Positions 30,940 through 46,968 are shown, numbered from the stretch's first letter. The stretch is 64,000 nt of DNA from Chrysomallon squamiferum (GCA_012295275.1 CM022668.1:7192001-7256000), one strand, 5' to 3'. The notes: a model not told the origin generated them from the letters alone. Numbers and translations: made by a program.

Positions 30940-31478
30940 TAATTAATTAATTAATTAATTTTTAAAGGTTGATATACAATTCAAAATAATGATTTGAAAT
31001 AAAAATAACATTGTCATTTATTTTATTGCTATTGATACTGCTACCACCGCTACCACCCCTTCATTACCACTACAACTTCGACTACTTCAATTAATGCTTC
31101 TGCTATTACTGTAAACGCTACGATTACCACTACTACTACCACTACTACTTCTACTACGATTACTAACACTACTAACACTACTGTCACTACCACCATCACC
31201 ATTACTGCTATTACAACTACTACGACTACTCTTAAACACACTACTTTTACTTCTGCGACTACTACTACAGCTAAATTTACTGCTGTTATTACAAAGGTTG
31301 CTAGTATTAATACTACTACAAATACTACATATCCTTCTACAGAAATAATTTAACACCTATTAAATAATGACCTTAATGAGAACAACACTTATAATATGTG
31401 TAATTAGAAAATCTGCAATACATAGAATATAGATATTCCAAATTAGAAACTTCACTGATTTCCGTTGGCAGTTCATAT

Positions 31479-31648
<170 letters not shown>

Positions 31649-31887
31649 TTAATTTCTTGAAGTGCAAATTTGTTTCCAAATCAAGATATAATTCTTCCAA
31701 AAATTCAAGGTCCAAGAGAAAAATCTTTTGTTTAGTGTCCATAACTGATTATGTTTCTACTCTCTGCTACCAGAAATCAAACATCAGTTACTTCTACATA
31801 TAGTCAGTTAATATAACAATGTTCATATACACTCTTTTACATCGCTACCATTTCATATGTCACAAGATATACTGAATCAGATATATT

Positions 31888-32075
31888 GATTAGAACGGGA
31901 TAAATAACCTAATGATAACACTGACAGGAATCGATTCCAGGTCCATATCCTGGATCATCTAAGAAGTACACAAATAAATACTAAAATAACAAATTTTTTT
32001 ATGAACTGGACATGGATACTGTTTGGAATGGGATAAAATGTAATGGGTAACCAAACGGAATCGATCCCAGAAAAA
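31888..32075 (-). mobile_element. Two adjacent degenerate fragments, probably of the same SINE-like family
   Basis: gaacgggataaataacctaatg...ggaatcgattccag (31892) and gaatgggataaaatgtaatg...ggaatcgatcccag (32026) are diverged copies of each other. Confidence 0.35.
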
Positions 32076-32296
32076 CCACAGCAACAAACAAACGAAAAAT
32101 ATAAAAATAATTAATTAATTAAAATTAAAAAGAAGAAACAATAACAACAAGTGTATAAAGATCTTAGTTTTGCAATAAGAAAAATAAATGAATAAAGAAA
32201 GAAAATAATAAATAAACTGTGAATAAATAAATAAACAAGCAAATAAGCAAAAAACTAAAATAAAAATAAATTAAAAAAAAACGTTAGAAATTCACA

Positions 32297-32336
<40 letters not shown>

Positions 32337-32716
32337 GTAATAGTCATAGTAATAGGAATAGTAATAGCAATAATAATGATAATAATACTAATAAACATAT
32401 CTGAAAAAAATCGTTATAAGAAATAACATCGTATAAACGGGTCTTAATTAATTATCTCAAAGACAGCAGAAACATTGCGAGGAGTTTTGTCAGATCGGAA
32501 TGCGGATAAAATGTTACTTAGGATCTCCGCGTTGTCGATGTTGTTATTATTATCTGATTGGTTGTTGTTTTGATGACCTTGCAGTGTCGTCGTCGTCGTT
32601 ACAGGAATGTGACCAACAACTTCATGAAGTGTGCAGTTATTCTGCTTACTTTGATAAAATCAATATCGCTTTAATTTAGATAAATATTAATATAAAATTA
32701 TCTTCATCATCATCGT

Positions 32717-32798
<82 letters not shown>

Positions 32799-33082
32799 GA
32801 AAAAATAGTAAAAAATAAAAAATTATAAAAATTGTTTTGTTACTGATTTTGCCTATGTAAACGTAGTAGCTGTGTAGTAACACTGCTGGCATTGGTAGTT
32901 ACAGTTGCTTTGTAACCAATGTAGCAAAAGCCTTAGTAGCACTAGTAGTCGTATGAGTAATAGACGTAGTAATAGCAATAGTAGAAGTAGAACTAGTAGT
33001 ACTATAGCAATAGTGTAAATAGTAGTAGAAATTATTATTTTTACTGTTATTATTATTATTATTATTATTATTTTAAAAATCA

Positions 33083-33114
<32 letters not shown>

Positions 33115-35403
33115 AGAAAAAAAAAAAAAAAAAAAAAAAAAAGAAAGAAAGAAACCTAAAAAAAAAAAAAAAAAACGTAAGAAGAAAATACGGAGAAAAA
33201 GATGAAGAAAAAAACACTGCTGAACACAAACAAATATCCAGGTTAATGAAACAACTGACGTAATCGGATTTTTCAAAGAAATAAAATATTAATAAGCATT
33301 ATTTTTCTTCCGATTCTTTTTTGCAGAAGTGACAAACAAAACAAAACGAAAATATCAACATTATGACGTCATAGCTTTAGCAACAACATTTAAAAACAGT
33401 CGCGTATTTTCTTCTTCTCGCTTCAAACATTTTATTTCCACCGTGGCTTCCCCCGCACCCTGATGGCTATATTTCTCTGTCGTGCGTAAGTTATCCGAAA
33501 AAAGCCCCCCTCGAAAAGCTACAACCCTTAAGATGCAGGCCCTAAATAAAGTCGAGTGAACGTAAACGTAAATATTTTTCTCTGGCCTAAAGCCCTAGTG
33601 CTAGACGTATGAACGAAATCGTATGCCCATATTAAAAGCCGGTTCCTTCGAAAGCTTCGTCATTTTACGAGATAATGACAAGATTCCCATTGAAAACTTG
33701 TCTTGTAGCTGAAGATTTTCATTCAGCGACAAGCTACTGCCCTGGGCATTTGACGTCACCGCTTCGCTACGGAAATGAGGTTGGCCGATTTTCCTATGCC
33801 GTCTGTTTCCAGTGCGTAACAATTCCAGCCTCGCGATTGCCTCCCTTCGCACACCATTTAGCAGGTTACTGCTGGTTTCTGCCATACGTACAACCCGTAC
33901 ACACGCAACAAAACAAACGTTTACTGTAATTATTCAGTCAACAGTTCTTATGGAATTTCTGTCTTAGAATTCGCCGACTGATCTAAGCAAGTGTTTAGAA
34001 GACACTGGATTTAATAAACAAAAAATTACTAAATGGAAAGAGGGTTAAAAAAAAAAAAAAAATCTTTATGGCGTTGCTTGCGTCATACATTTTGTCGTCT
34101 GCTAACAATGACGCACGTGCAGGTAAATTAGGTCATCAAGGAAATCTCCCATGAGGTCGGATTGGCCAGACGTTGTCACATTCGACAATTTCAGTTCTTG
34201 GGTAAATAATACAGGAAGGTACTAAAGCGTAGGGGGTTGTTTTTGTCAATTTCCACCGAATTCTTCACCGCACCAACTGAACTTTGATGTAAACATGGTG
34301 CTGCTGCAAAAAATAAAAAATAAAAAAAATAAAAATAATTAAATGTAAAAAAACAAATATTAGTTAGGCAGTAATGATAGACAGAAATAATAAAATAATG
34401 GAAGAATGGCTGAATGAAATATTTTGTCAGAACCTTAGAACTAACATCCAAATAAATCGATACTGTACTGATAACGCATATTTAAACTGTCTCTTTGAGC
34501 TATAATATTCGAATACTGTTACTACTATTGCTGCTATTGATATGTTTGCATGTCTGTGTGTATATATGTATCTGTGTATGCATGCTTACGAGCATGTGTG
34601 TGTGTATGTGTATATCTATATGTATGCGTTTGTGTTCATATCTATTTGCATTTGTGCCGGTATACATATATATATGGATTTATGTGTTTGTATCAATGTA
34701 TATATATATGTATAATGTGTATGTTGTATGTTTGTATGTATATATGTGTGTGTGTTTATATGTATGTATTTATGTATGTGTACATCTTATGTGTGTATTT
34801 ATGTGCATTCATTTATTGAAATGTATGAATTATTAATGGTAGCGTATGCATGAAAAAAAAATGAAAGTGATTATCAGCTCTAAATATATTAATAAAAAAA
34901 AAAAAAAGCAAACAACAACAATCCCCCACAATCCCCCCACACAAACATAACAAAACAAACTGAACAAAATGCGCCATTAAAGGATTCAGTCTTAACGTAT
35001 ACATCATTTCGCTTTAGCCGCGACAAATGCAAGCAAAGAAAACGAAAGAATGAAAAATTCAAGGAAGTTCTTTATCGCTGTGACGAAGTTGTAATTAATA
35101 TTGATTTTCTCTGCATTACTTACAAAACACGATTTTCTCTTTCTTAATCTATTTGTTATTGTACGTTTTTTCCTCCCCGCCAACAACAGGCACCTGAGTC
35201 AGAAATCGAGCGCTGCGCTAGGCGGTCGTCTGCACTCCAGCGATTACCAGTGACGTCAACAAGGTCAACGAACGTTCGACTGAGAGGTCGTGTCCACCTA
35301 ATTAGTTACAGGATAATTCGCGTAAAAGAATGTCGTGCGGTTTATTATTATTATTATTATTATTATCATTTATTATTATTATTATCATGATTATTATTAT
35401 TAT

Positions 35404-35444
<41 letters not shown>

Positions 35445-36279
35445 AAGATAAAAAGCAAAACAATAATAATAATAATAATAATAATAAATGATAATAATAA
35501 TAATAATAATATTATCATGACTAATTCATTTTGTTTATTCCTGCTGCTATTTTTATTAATAATAATTAATTATATTATTGCTGCTGCTGCTGCTGCTGTT
35601 GTTGTTATTGTTTACTGCAAAGTAATATGATATTAATTATCGGTAACTTATTATTTGTTTGATTATTATTATTATTTACTTATTTACTTAGTTATTTACT
35701 ATAACTATTACTAAATACAACTTCTACTACTACTACTGCTACTACTATTACTGCTATCAGCTTTTAGCTTCATCACCATTGTCATCATCATCATCATCAT
35801 CATAACTATCATTAATTCATATTAAAAAAATTTATTAATTAATTAAAATTCCAGCGATATCTTTGATATTCTAAAAACACACAGATTGTGAAATCGAATC
35901 TATTTGAAAAGAAACAAAATAGGTTAAACAAATATACGGATATTTTTTCTAACTTTAATTATAAATTAATATTAAAAGATATAAAGTAATAATTAACTTT
36001 GCTATATTATGAGAAGAAACCCGTCAAACGTCACAGGTTATTCTTTTCATCCAGCAGTAAGAAATATTTTACATGTTCTGCTACACGGACAGAAGACTTT
36101 TGAAAAACCAGCCATGGAGCTGGGTTTGGAACGGAAAATACATTACAATATGCAGTGCGGAACACAGATCTTCCAGTATTTCAGATCTGTTACTAGAAGG
36201 TTTGTCATACATAAACGTTAAATTTTATTACATATTTTGAGTAATTGAGTAATACAGGTTTTCAATTTTTTTTTTAACT

Positions 36280-36870
36280 TGTAAAATAACACGGATTTTG
36301 GCTTTTTGTAAAATAACAGTTTTGGACTATTTGTAAAATATCACGGTTTTACGCTTTTTGTAAAATAACATGTAAAATAACACGATTTTTGACTTTTGTA
36401 AAATAACACGATTTTTGGCTTTTTCTAAAATATGACGGCTTTTGGCTTTCTGTAAAATAACACAATTATTTCTTCTTTCTTCTTATTAGTCTTATTAGTA
36501 TTCTTATTGCATTTTTGTAAAATAACACAATTATTTCTTCTTTCTTCTTATTAGTCTTATTAGTATTCTTATTGCATTTTTGTAAAATAACACTGTTATT
36601 ACAATTTTATAAATAACACGGTTGTTGCCTGACTCTAAATGATACTGATATTATTTTTGTGCAAAATAACACAATTGTTATCTTTTTGTAAAATAACACA
36701 ATTGTTATCTTTTTGTCAAATAAAGCATAGTTAACCTCTTTTTGCAAAATAACATAGTTTTTGCTTTTTGTGAATTTTTCGTTTATTCTAAATATTGCAT
36801 TTTTGTAAAAAAAAAAAAAAAAAAAAACATTGCATTTTTTGTAAAATAAAATAACACAGTTGTTGCTTTT
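36280..36870. repeat. Degenerate ~30-bp repeat (tttttgtaaaataacac) with an internal exact 65-bp duplication
   Basis: gtaaaataacac recurs more than 12 times; 36451-36515 is repeated at 36516-36580. Confidence 0.85.
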
Positions 36871-37577
36871 TGATAAAAGGTCATTGCCCTTTTTTTGCTG
36901 AAGAAGAAAAAAAAAAGAAAAAGAAAAAGAAAAGTTTATTTTATTACAGAAAAGAAAAGAAAAATCGACACTGTTATTAAACGACGTTAAAATAACATGT
37001 TTATTTCATTTTTTTAAAAATAACATATCGATTTCACTGGCTGGTAATAAATAAACTTCGCTATTTACTTGTGTCGGGCAGCTATCGCAACGACTGAAAA
37101 ATAACAACTTTTTGTACGTTTCCCAGATCCAAACATGTTATTTGAAATTGGCAAATATTAACGTGTTTACTGTCACCGCGATTATTTACGATATTCTGCA
37201 CAGCACCGACTCAGTGCTCGCGATTATCGATTTCTTTCACATCGACGTTTAATCTTCAAACACTTCTGTCCAGGTAGGTTTCAGATTTAAGGCTTCAGAG
37301 AAGGTACGATTCAGTGATCAAGATCGATCCCCGTCTCCCGACTCTTCGGATGCTTGTTCCGTTCAAACCCTGGCTCTTAGGCTAGTTTGCGAATACGATG
37401 ATACGATGAGTTCTGTTTTAGCATATGAAATGTCTTTTATAAACAATTTTGTTTAAAGATTATACGCCTGCGTCGAGGTTTGATCTGTATGTATCTGTGT
37501 TTTTAAACATGCACTAAAGTATGTACGTTTTCTGCATGCCTGCGTGTCTTTGTGTGTGTGTATGTGTGTGTGTGTGT

Positions 37578-37631
<54 letters not shown>

Positions 37632-37780
37632 ATGTATATATGTATGTATGTAATGTTATCTCAGTATTTCTAACGAAAATCTTTCTTCTTTCGAGGATTG
37701 GAATAAACGTCATAAATAGTGAACACAGTCAACGTGTTTTAAATCTGAACTCTATACACGCGATTAACAACAACCTTACA

Positions 37781-37870
37781 GGAAACCCGCTGCCTACAGG
37801 TGTGATTAGCAGCAAAAAACACCCTTTAAATGTGCCTTCTCATAAACAGAGGATAACACAAACCAGGGAT
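37781..37870 (-). mobile_element. Degenerate SINE-like dispersed repeat fragment
   Basis: ggaaacccgctgcc...gattagcagcaa...atgtgccttctcataaacag; shares atgtNccttctcataaacag with 42216-42235 and matches 10638-10686 in reverse. Confidence 0.5.
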
Positions 37871-38454
37871 AAGCAAGCAATCGAAGCAAAACGATATCTC
37901 TAAAAATGCACTTCATTTAATTCATTTTATTTTAATCACTTACAATTTCTGCTCTCCTTTCGAGAAGCCAAAACAAAAATGGCCGCCGATTTGAAAGTAT
38001 GCACAGTCTTTCATTACGTTCTTCGTCAGGTCATTTTAATCATAAACAGGTCCTGGATTGTTCATTGTAGTTTTTAATTTTTTTTTTTCCTCAATATCCG
38101 TCTTGTACTGTTTGGATTAATCTGTTTCGTAACGTAAACACGACTGAATGTCTTGTCTTAATGAAGCAGCAACCTGATTATTTGCAGCGAATGTAGGTCG
38201 AAATTCGATTGGCTGATTTTATGGCCTTGGATCAGAGCTGTAAATAATTACGTAGCCTGTGAGGCAGTGGGATCAAAATACCGTGTCGGGTCAAACGTGT
38301 GGACACAAGGTCACGTCATACACGTCAACAGACGTTGTTGATGTTGTTGCTGTTATCATTATTATTATTATCATAATTATCATCTTTACTGTTGTCATTG
38401 GTATTATTATTGCTGCTGTTATTGCTGATATTATTGTTGTTGCTCCTGTCACTG

Positions 38455-38559
<105 letters not shown>

Positions 38560-39006
38560 ATTATGTGTTGGGTTTTTATGGGTTTTTTGTTGTTTTGGGG
38601 GTTTTTTTGTATGTCATTTTTTTAAAGAAATCATTGCTGTTTACCTCCTTTGATATAAAAATAACAAAAACGCATTACACTGGTTACTCGTAGTCTTGAA
38701 GTGAAGGAAAAAAACTGGTTATTTTGACAACTCGGAGTGAGCTTAGACATTTCAGGTGACATTTCTGTATTTGAAGTAGCAGCAAAACAACAAACAGCGG
38801 CAAAACATCGAGTAAAGCCTCTGCTGGCAAAACACAGCACTGCAAGAACGACCTTCTCTTTTTCTTCATGCGCCAAACTGCAAGAATTTCCGTTTTATTC
38901 TCTTTGAATGTCGCTCATGTACACTTTCTCCATTTTCTAAATCTCAGGACCTCGCTCTGGGTGAACTCGGCCATGACTGCTGTCCAGGTCACAATCACCA
39001 TCAGAG

Positions 39007-39042
<36 letters not shown>

Positions 39043-39425
39043 AAGAAGCAAAATGTCAATTGTGTCCTCATCTTGACGATAAAGACGTTCTTAAAGTTGA
39101 TTGGTTAACGTGGAGGTAAATACATTGACACACAAATGTCTTCCTCAGTTTGAATGTCACGAATTTCTTTCTAGACAAACTTTAAGAAGGAGAATAGTCA
39201 GCCTTGAACTTTCAGTAGGAAACAAAATCACAGTATACTGCACGATATTAGAAAAGTCTCAGTTTTCAAAATCAATTATTGTGCAGGTAATTACCATATG
39301 ATATACCTTCAGCTTCAGACTCTGCTATCATTGCTGCTGCTGCTGCTGCTACTGCTGTAGCTGTTGCTGCTATCATTGTTATTGTGCTGTCATTGCTGTT
39401 ACCAATATCGCCACCAACACCACAA

Positions 39426-39518
39426 CCATGATGCATCATATTACTAGCATTGCTGCTATCATTATGATTACTTTACTACTACTACTACTACTACTACTAC
39501 TGCTACTACTACTACTAC

Positions 39519-39520
<2 letters not shown>
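39426..39520 (+). repeat. Dispersed ~50-bp core followed by (CTA)n, copy 2
   Basis: accatgatgcatcatattactagcattgctgctatcattatgattacttta(cta)n; 4 substitutions relative to copy 1. Confidence 0.85.
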
Positions 39521-39556
<36 letters not shown>

Positions 39557-39939
39557 GTAGTAGTAGTAGTAATTATCATGATGATGTGGATGACGACGAT
39601 GATTGGATATCATTGGATAATAATAATGTCACTGATATTACTACCACTGTCGCTACTGCTAGCACAACTATAAACACATTTGTAAGTTTTATGGTTATTT
39701 AGAAATTAAACAAATACATATTTAACATGAAAAATCGCAAGGAATTATAAATACACAAACTGAAGTTTGTTATTTTTTAAAACTTAACAGTCAAGTGAGC
39801 GTGCATTCGTCTATATCGTGTATGTGAATTATTATTATTATTATTATTATTATTTTCAGTTTCAAACTAAAAACTGAAGATAAATATTTGGGAACATTTT
39901 AGAGAGGAAATGTCGTGTCTGTGTTTTTCTAATTAGCTT

Positions 39940-40005
39940 TGGTGGATGCCGGGAAGCGAACTCACCACTGACGTGTTCACAGAGTGAAAACGTAACCACT
40001 ACGAT
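39940..40005 (-). pseudogene. Possible degenerate tRNA-derived fragment
   Basis: Minus strand reads CGTAGTGGTTA...GAGTTCGCTTCCCGGCATCCACCA (D-loop-like, T-loop-like, CCA end); no clean cloverleaf. Confidence 0.25.
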
Positions 40006-40038
40006 TCTTTGTTATTATTAATTTGTTTATTTGTTTAT

Positions 40039-40127
<89 letters not shown>

Positions 40128-41873
40128 CTTCTTCTTCTTTTTTTCGGTCACTGTACTACACAGACAAAACTGGTGTTTACGATTTTTCTTGTTACATAGT
40201 TGATCGCTCAAGGCGTTGATCAGCTCGTGCTGGCCTTCCTCGCGAGTACTGTTTCGATTCTCATTAACCTTAATTACACTGGAAAATTGTACGTTTGTCT
40301 TGAAACGTGATAATTAACCGCAGTCTCTTCTAGCTGTCTAAACTGCGAAGAGCTTCTCTTCTGAAGGTCAAATCTTCGCACAAGCAACTTTTGTTTACTT
40401 GTTTATGATGATGATGACGTTGGTGATGATGATGATGATGATATTGACGATGATGATGATGGTTATGATGTGATGATGGTGATGGTGATGGTTATGATGT
40501 GATAATGATGATAATGATAATGGTGGTGATGATGGGCTTAGTGATAGTGATGGTTATGATGATGATGGTCATGCTGATGGTTATGATGGTGATAATGATG
40601 ATGATGGTGGTGGAGATGATGGTGTTAGTGATAATGATGGTTATGATGTTATGATGATGATGTTGATGATAATAATGATGAAGAGAAAATGTCGATTATC
40701 ATATGTTTATAGTGATGATAATTATTATTCTGGTAATCATAGTGATGATGATATGTTTTGATAATAATGATCATGATGATAACAGTGATAAAAGACAACA
40801 TAATAATAACAACAACAACAACAACAGTAATAATGATGGTGATGGTGGTGGCTATAATGATGATAAAAATGCTAATAATTAAGAGGACAATGGTTGCAAT
40901 AGCGATCGTAATTAAACAATCATGAAACAGAGAATGACTGAATACACAAATATTCATTCCTTCTAAACAGCAAAACAAACAAAGGAGATAAATAATAAAA
41001 AAAAAAAAAAAAAAAATGAAATAAGAATTAAAAATCAAAACCAAAATCAAAATCAAAATCAAATCAAACAAAACAAAACAAAACAAAACAAAATAAATAA
41101 ATAATGTATATTTAAAAATAAATATATAAATAAAAAAACGAAAAAAAACGACAACAAACAAACAACCCAGACAAGTGTATATTAAAAAAATATATATATA
41201 AAATAAAATAAAAAATAAAAAAAAACGACAACAAACAGCCCAGACGCTACGTGAAAATTCATTTCATTATCAGTATCAATTACGCTTATATAACAATAAT
41301 CATCATCATCATAACAAACAATAACAAAACAGATTTCAAAAATCGTACAGTGTCTTGTTATTGCACCTGTTTATCGTCTGCGACACCTGATCCTTTTACT
41401 TATCTTCTTACGGTTGTTGTCTTGCTTTCGCCTTCACCTGTGATTTCGAATACGTAATATGCTTGTTGCTAAGGACGCGTTCGATCGATATTACTCCAGT
41501 TACTGCGGCGTTGGGTGGAGGTTCCCGTGAATTCATGCAAGGTCACAAACAAATCAGCTTCTTCGTAATTTACTGACTTCCTCGTGCACGCGTCCTTTTG
41601 ATGATTCATTTCAGGTTAATCCTAAATCAGGGCCGAATTTTGGGGTGAGTGGTGGTGGGGGGGGTTGGATGGAATTAACAAAAGAATAAATGAATGATAA
41701 ACTAATATATCTTTTGCGATATATGGGCCTTAATATATAAATAAAATATAATTGTAATTAAATTAGTGACATCTGTTTTGTATCAAGCATACATTTTTAA
41801 TATAATAATCATAGGGTCCTATTCGTGGTAGGGTGTTAATGAAATATTGATCGAATAATGAATGAATACAAAC

Positions 41874-41953
<80 letters not shown>

Positions 41954-42192
41954 AATAATAATAACGATAATAATAATAATAATAATGCAAAACGTAAATA
42001 ATTTTCATTCACTTATTAGGTATGCATGTATGCATGAATGTGCACATTCAAACGACCGACTAAACATACATACATATATATAGACGTACATAATACGTGC
42101 CTGCATACAGACATATATATATATGCACGTACATATACACATACAGACATACATACATTGTCATTATTGTCACAAATAAGTTGTTTTTATCA

Positions 42193-42335
42193 ACTAGCAG
42201 GAAGTGAACTTTGATATGTTCCTTCTCATAAACAGTAAAATAATATATATTTCAAGATGTTTTATCTCTGACTATGGAGAACTGTTTGGAAAGAGAAAAA
42301 GGACAAAAGACGCACCATGGTGAATAGATCTTAAT
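42193..42335 (-). mobile_element. Degenerate SINE-like dispersed repeat fragment
   Basis: ctagcaggaag...atgttccttctcataaacag...actgtttggaa; the first part matches 37806-37850, and actgtttggaa recurs at 32018. Confidence 0.4.
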
Positions 42336-42659
42336 ATGTATCCCATTTGACTTACAATCTGATGCTTTGTGCGCATGCGTGTATCCGTGTGTGCGTATAT
42401 ATATATTATATAAGTATGTGTATGCTTGCATGTATGCATGTATGTATGTATGTAAGTATGTTTGTGTTTTTATATGTATATATAATTCATATTGTATTTA
42501 TTTGTCTATATTATGTAGTTCTTTCTTTTTTTAAGTTCATCAATTATTTACAAAAATAAATTAAATTTTATTGTTTATAAGAATAAAAATAAATTAATAA
42601 AGAAGACAGGGTAAAAATTAAAAGAAAATCATGATAAAAATACAAAGAAACAAAAAACA

Positions 42660-42965
42660 AAACGAAAACAAAACAAACAAGGAACAAACAGCAACAACAA
42701 ACAAACGTCAAACCAGTAAATAAATAAATATATATATATATATCGTTCTGTCTATATATCTGTCTCTCTATGTATTATTTGTTTGTTTGTTTGTTTTTTA
42801 AAAAGAATGACAAACGAAAACAAACAAACAAAGAACAAACAGCAATAACAAACAAACGTCAAACCAGTAAATAAATAAATAAACATATATATATATATAT
42901 ATATCTATTGTTCTGTCTATATATCTCTCTCTATGCATTATTTGTTTGTTTTTTAAAAAGAATGA
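42660..42965. repeat. ~150-bp tandem duplication
   Basis: aaacgaaaaca...aaacgtcaaaccagtaaataaata...gttctgtctatatatc...ttttaaaaagaatga occurs twice. Confidence 0.85.
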
Positions 42966-43169
42966 GAAGTATTAAAAAAAGAAAGAAAAAAAAAAGACAA
43001 TTAAAAAATGAAACGGGAGAAATGTTTAAAAGGAAAAACAGAAGGAAGGGAAGTAAATCAAATTACGTCACTTCCAGCTTATACAACCACGCTCATTTGA
43101 ACACAGAGATAAAAAAATAATAATAATAATTTGTCATCTACTTCATGAGACTAATCCAAAAAGTAAAAT

Positions 43170-43254
<85 letters not shown>

Positions 43255-43306
43255 CAGTCAGACAGACAGATAGAGAGAGACAGAGACAGAGAGATAGAGA
43301 GAGAGG

Positions 43307-43352
<46 letters not shown>

Positions 43353-43385
43353 GAGAGACAGAGCTATATAGAGAGACAGACAGAC

Positions 43386-43479
<94 letters not shown>

Positions 43480-43897
43480 AAAGAAATAAGACTAAAGTAA
43501 TTAAAAAAAGAAAAACAAATATACAAAAAAGAAAAAGCAATAAAAAAAATTTAAATAAAAAAAAAAAAAAAAAATCCTCATTGCTCTTCCTAATTGCGAA
43601 GGGACCAATCAGCAAGCGATTTGGCAGAATGTTTATTCCTGCACGTCATTCTTCCTTACTAGGCGACAGTTTAACACGAGCCGTCTAGAATTTCATTTCA
43701 TTCACTTGCGTCATTGACGTAATAAATTAAACCAGTTTTATCACTTTCAGACAGTTCTTGTATTCTCACACCTTTGTACGAGTTTTATTGTTTTGTTTCA
43801 TGTTTTTAAAACTTGCTTCATGATTTATTGCACTGGCTCATGTAACGTAAGGGCTCGAATTGTTGTCATTTCGTAATCGAGCAGCTGAATGTATGTG

Positions 43898-43946
<49 letters not shown>

Positions 43947-44207
43947 TATATATTAAGAGAGAGAATATATACTGAGAAAGAGAGAGAGAATACATATTGA
44001 GAGAGACAGAGAGAGAGACAGAGAGAGAGACGGACAGATAAATAAATAAACAGTCGGATGGAACGACAAATACAAAAGATCAATACACAGAATAACAGAC
44101 TGATCAGTGGAAGTGTTTGTTAATGTTATTGTATGTTTATGTGTTTTAAAGTATGAACGCATATATGTATATATTAACCTGCTTCTTTATTCGTTTCCTT
44201 TTAATTC

Positions 44208-44320
<113 letters not shown>

Positions 44321-44721
44321 CGTGTGTCTGTGAGAGCGTGGTCAGTCATATAACATACAGTTACGAACACGCACACGCACTTACGTCTAGAAAAGAAAAG
44401 AAATAAAAAAGAGGTTAGCATGCGTCAGTCTCACGCGACAAGTAACCGAGTTTGCTAGCGAGCAAGGACTCGCAGTTTCTGAAGTCACGTTCTCAGAACG
44501 CCCAGTCATTCAAACGGATTTTATTTAATTTCAGATGATCTCAAAAATCACGTATTTCAACACCGGGGGCCCTATCGGTTATTTAGCGTGACAGCAGCAA
44601 CAGCTGATGACGTTGTCGTGGTAATTGTTGTCGTAGTAATATGAGTTTTTTTTTGTTGCTGGTATGGTAATTGATGGTAACTGTATATTCTCCGTTGGGG
44701 AGCTTGTGCGAAAATGGCGGG

Positions 44722-44782
<61 letters not shown>

Positions 44783-45776
44783 CATTTCTCTACTATTTGT
44801 TTTTGTAGTAGAAGTAGTAGTAGTATATTTGTTGTAGTAGTAGTTGTTCATTTAGTAGTGAAAAATCCTAGAGTTGATTAGTTTTTTGTGCTAATATTTG
44901 TTGTTCTAGTAGAAGTAGTAGTTGTAGTTATATTCGTCGTCGTAATAATAGTAGACGTAGTAGTTTTAGTACGACGACGAATATATATTAATAATAGTAG
45001 AAGTTGTTGTAATAGTAACTTGTAGTAGTAGTAGCTGTAGTGATAGTAACATTAGTAGCAGTTGCAGTTGAAGTTATATTCTTCGGCGTCGTCGTCGTAG
45101 TAGTAGTAATAATAGCTGTTGTACTAGTATTAGCAGTAGTAGTAGTAGTCGTTGTGGTGACGGCAGAAGCAGACACAGTACTGATCTAGTAACAGCAACA
45201 GTCGTAGTCGCAGTAGTAGTAATTTTTATTAATAGTGATACTGTTATTATTAGTATTAGTACACATAGTATTAGACCTACTAGTAGTAGTGTAATAGTTA
45301 TAGTAGACCTAGTAGCGGAACTAGTAGAAATACTGAAGGAAATGCTATTATGTAGTACTTTTTCTCTCATGACGTCAGAAAATAAGTACATTTAACAGAT
45401 CAGTCATCGGCCTCCAATGTACTTATCGGATTACAGTTTCTGTGGGACTGCTATGGTTTCATGCTGCGGAACTGCAAGATGGCGGCTATGAATAATTAAT
45501 AAAAAGGTCAGATCTCGTTTGACTACTTCCTTGTTTAAAGAATGTGTTTATTGATGCTACACAAAAGAAACAGGAAAAAAAAAAGAAAAATTACCCATAA
45601 CAACAGCATCAATAACAAAAAATAGAAATAAATAAATAAATAAATAAATAAATTAAATTACTTAAAATTAAAATTAAAATAAATAAATAAGTAAATTAAA
45701 ATAAAAATAAAACTAAATCACGAATATTAAAAGCAATGATAATGATCATGACAGTAATAATAATAATAATAATAAT

Positions 45777-46060
45777 AATAATAGTAGCCGTAGTAGTACT
45801 ATACTTAGCAGTAATATCATTAGTTATATACTACTAACAGTAGTAAAATAATAGTAGCCGTAGTAGTACTATACTTAACAGTAATATCATTAGTAATATA
45901 CTACTAACAGTAGTAAAATAATAGTAGCCGAAGTAGTAGTAGTACTATACTTAACAGTAATATCATTAGTAATATACTACTAACAGATGTAAAATAATAG
46001 TAGCCGAAGTAGTAGTAATTCTGTACTTAACAGTAATAACATTAATATTGGTAGTAATAT
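45777..46060. repeat. ~70-77 bp tandem repeat, ~4 copies, derived from TAG/TAA microsatellite
   Basis: aataatagtagccg...actatacttaacagtaatatcattagtaatatactactaacag is repeated. Confidence 0.85.
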
Positions 46061-46968
46061 TATATTACTAATAGTAGTAAAAATAATAGTAATATTAGTA
46101 GTAATATACTAGTAACAGTAGTAAAATAATAGTAATAATTGTAGTAGTATTACTAGTAGTAGTAGCAATAGTAATATTACACTAGCACTAGTGATTATTG
46201 TACTAGTAGTATTTTAGTAGTTGAGTACTACAAGTACTAGTAGTAGTAGTAGTAAAAGTAGTGGCACTAGTAGTACAGTTACAGAATAAAATGCTATATT
46301 TATTTTTGGAAATGTGTTAATTTATAAACTTGTAAGAGAAAATCTTGTAATAATAAAATCCCGAATAAGCGTACGTCAGTGCAAAATACTGCTTTAATAA
46401 TAAACAGTTCACTTCTCCAAAGGTTGCATGTTAGGTTAAAAAAAAAAAAAAAAAGCACATATCTATTAATAGAACGTTTTACGTCAGAATACTGGAGAGA
46501 TGTGGCCTCCGTTACTTCGATCCCGATCCAGCCGTCTCCTTGTATGCAAGGATCTTTTAAAACATTACTGCTGTCACCACATCCCCAACCCGAATTGGCA
46601 GTTTGGTATCTCAAATAGTGGATCGTGCAGAAACTGAACGTGATTGATTGAGTTCGACTGGATGATGAACTTGATTTATTAAAGTGCACCTTTTATTGTA
46701 CACTATTGACTGCATACGTCATTGTTTTAGTGTAAAAAGCTATATATGCATATGTGTGTGTGTGTCAGTGCGTGTCAGTGCGTGCGTGTGTGTGTGTGTG
46801 GGTGTGTGTGTTATACATCGTTATCAGTTAACAGTGGACGGTGGAAAAATAAAAATAAAATAAATAATCTGTGTATGTATTTATGGTGTATATATATGTA
46901 TGTATATATGTACGCATGTATGTGCGTGTGGTGTGTATGTAACGACGACCTCAACAACGACAACGATC

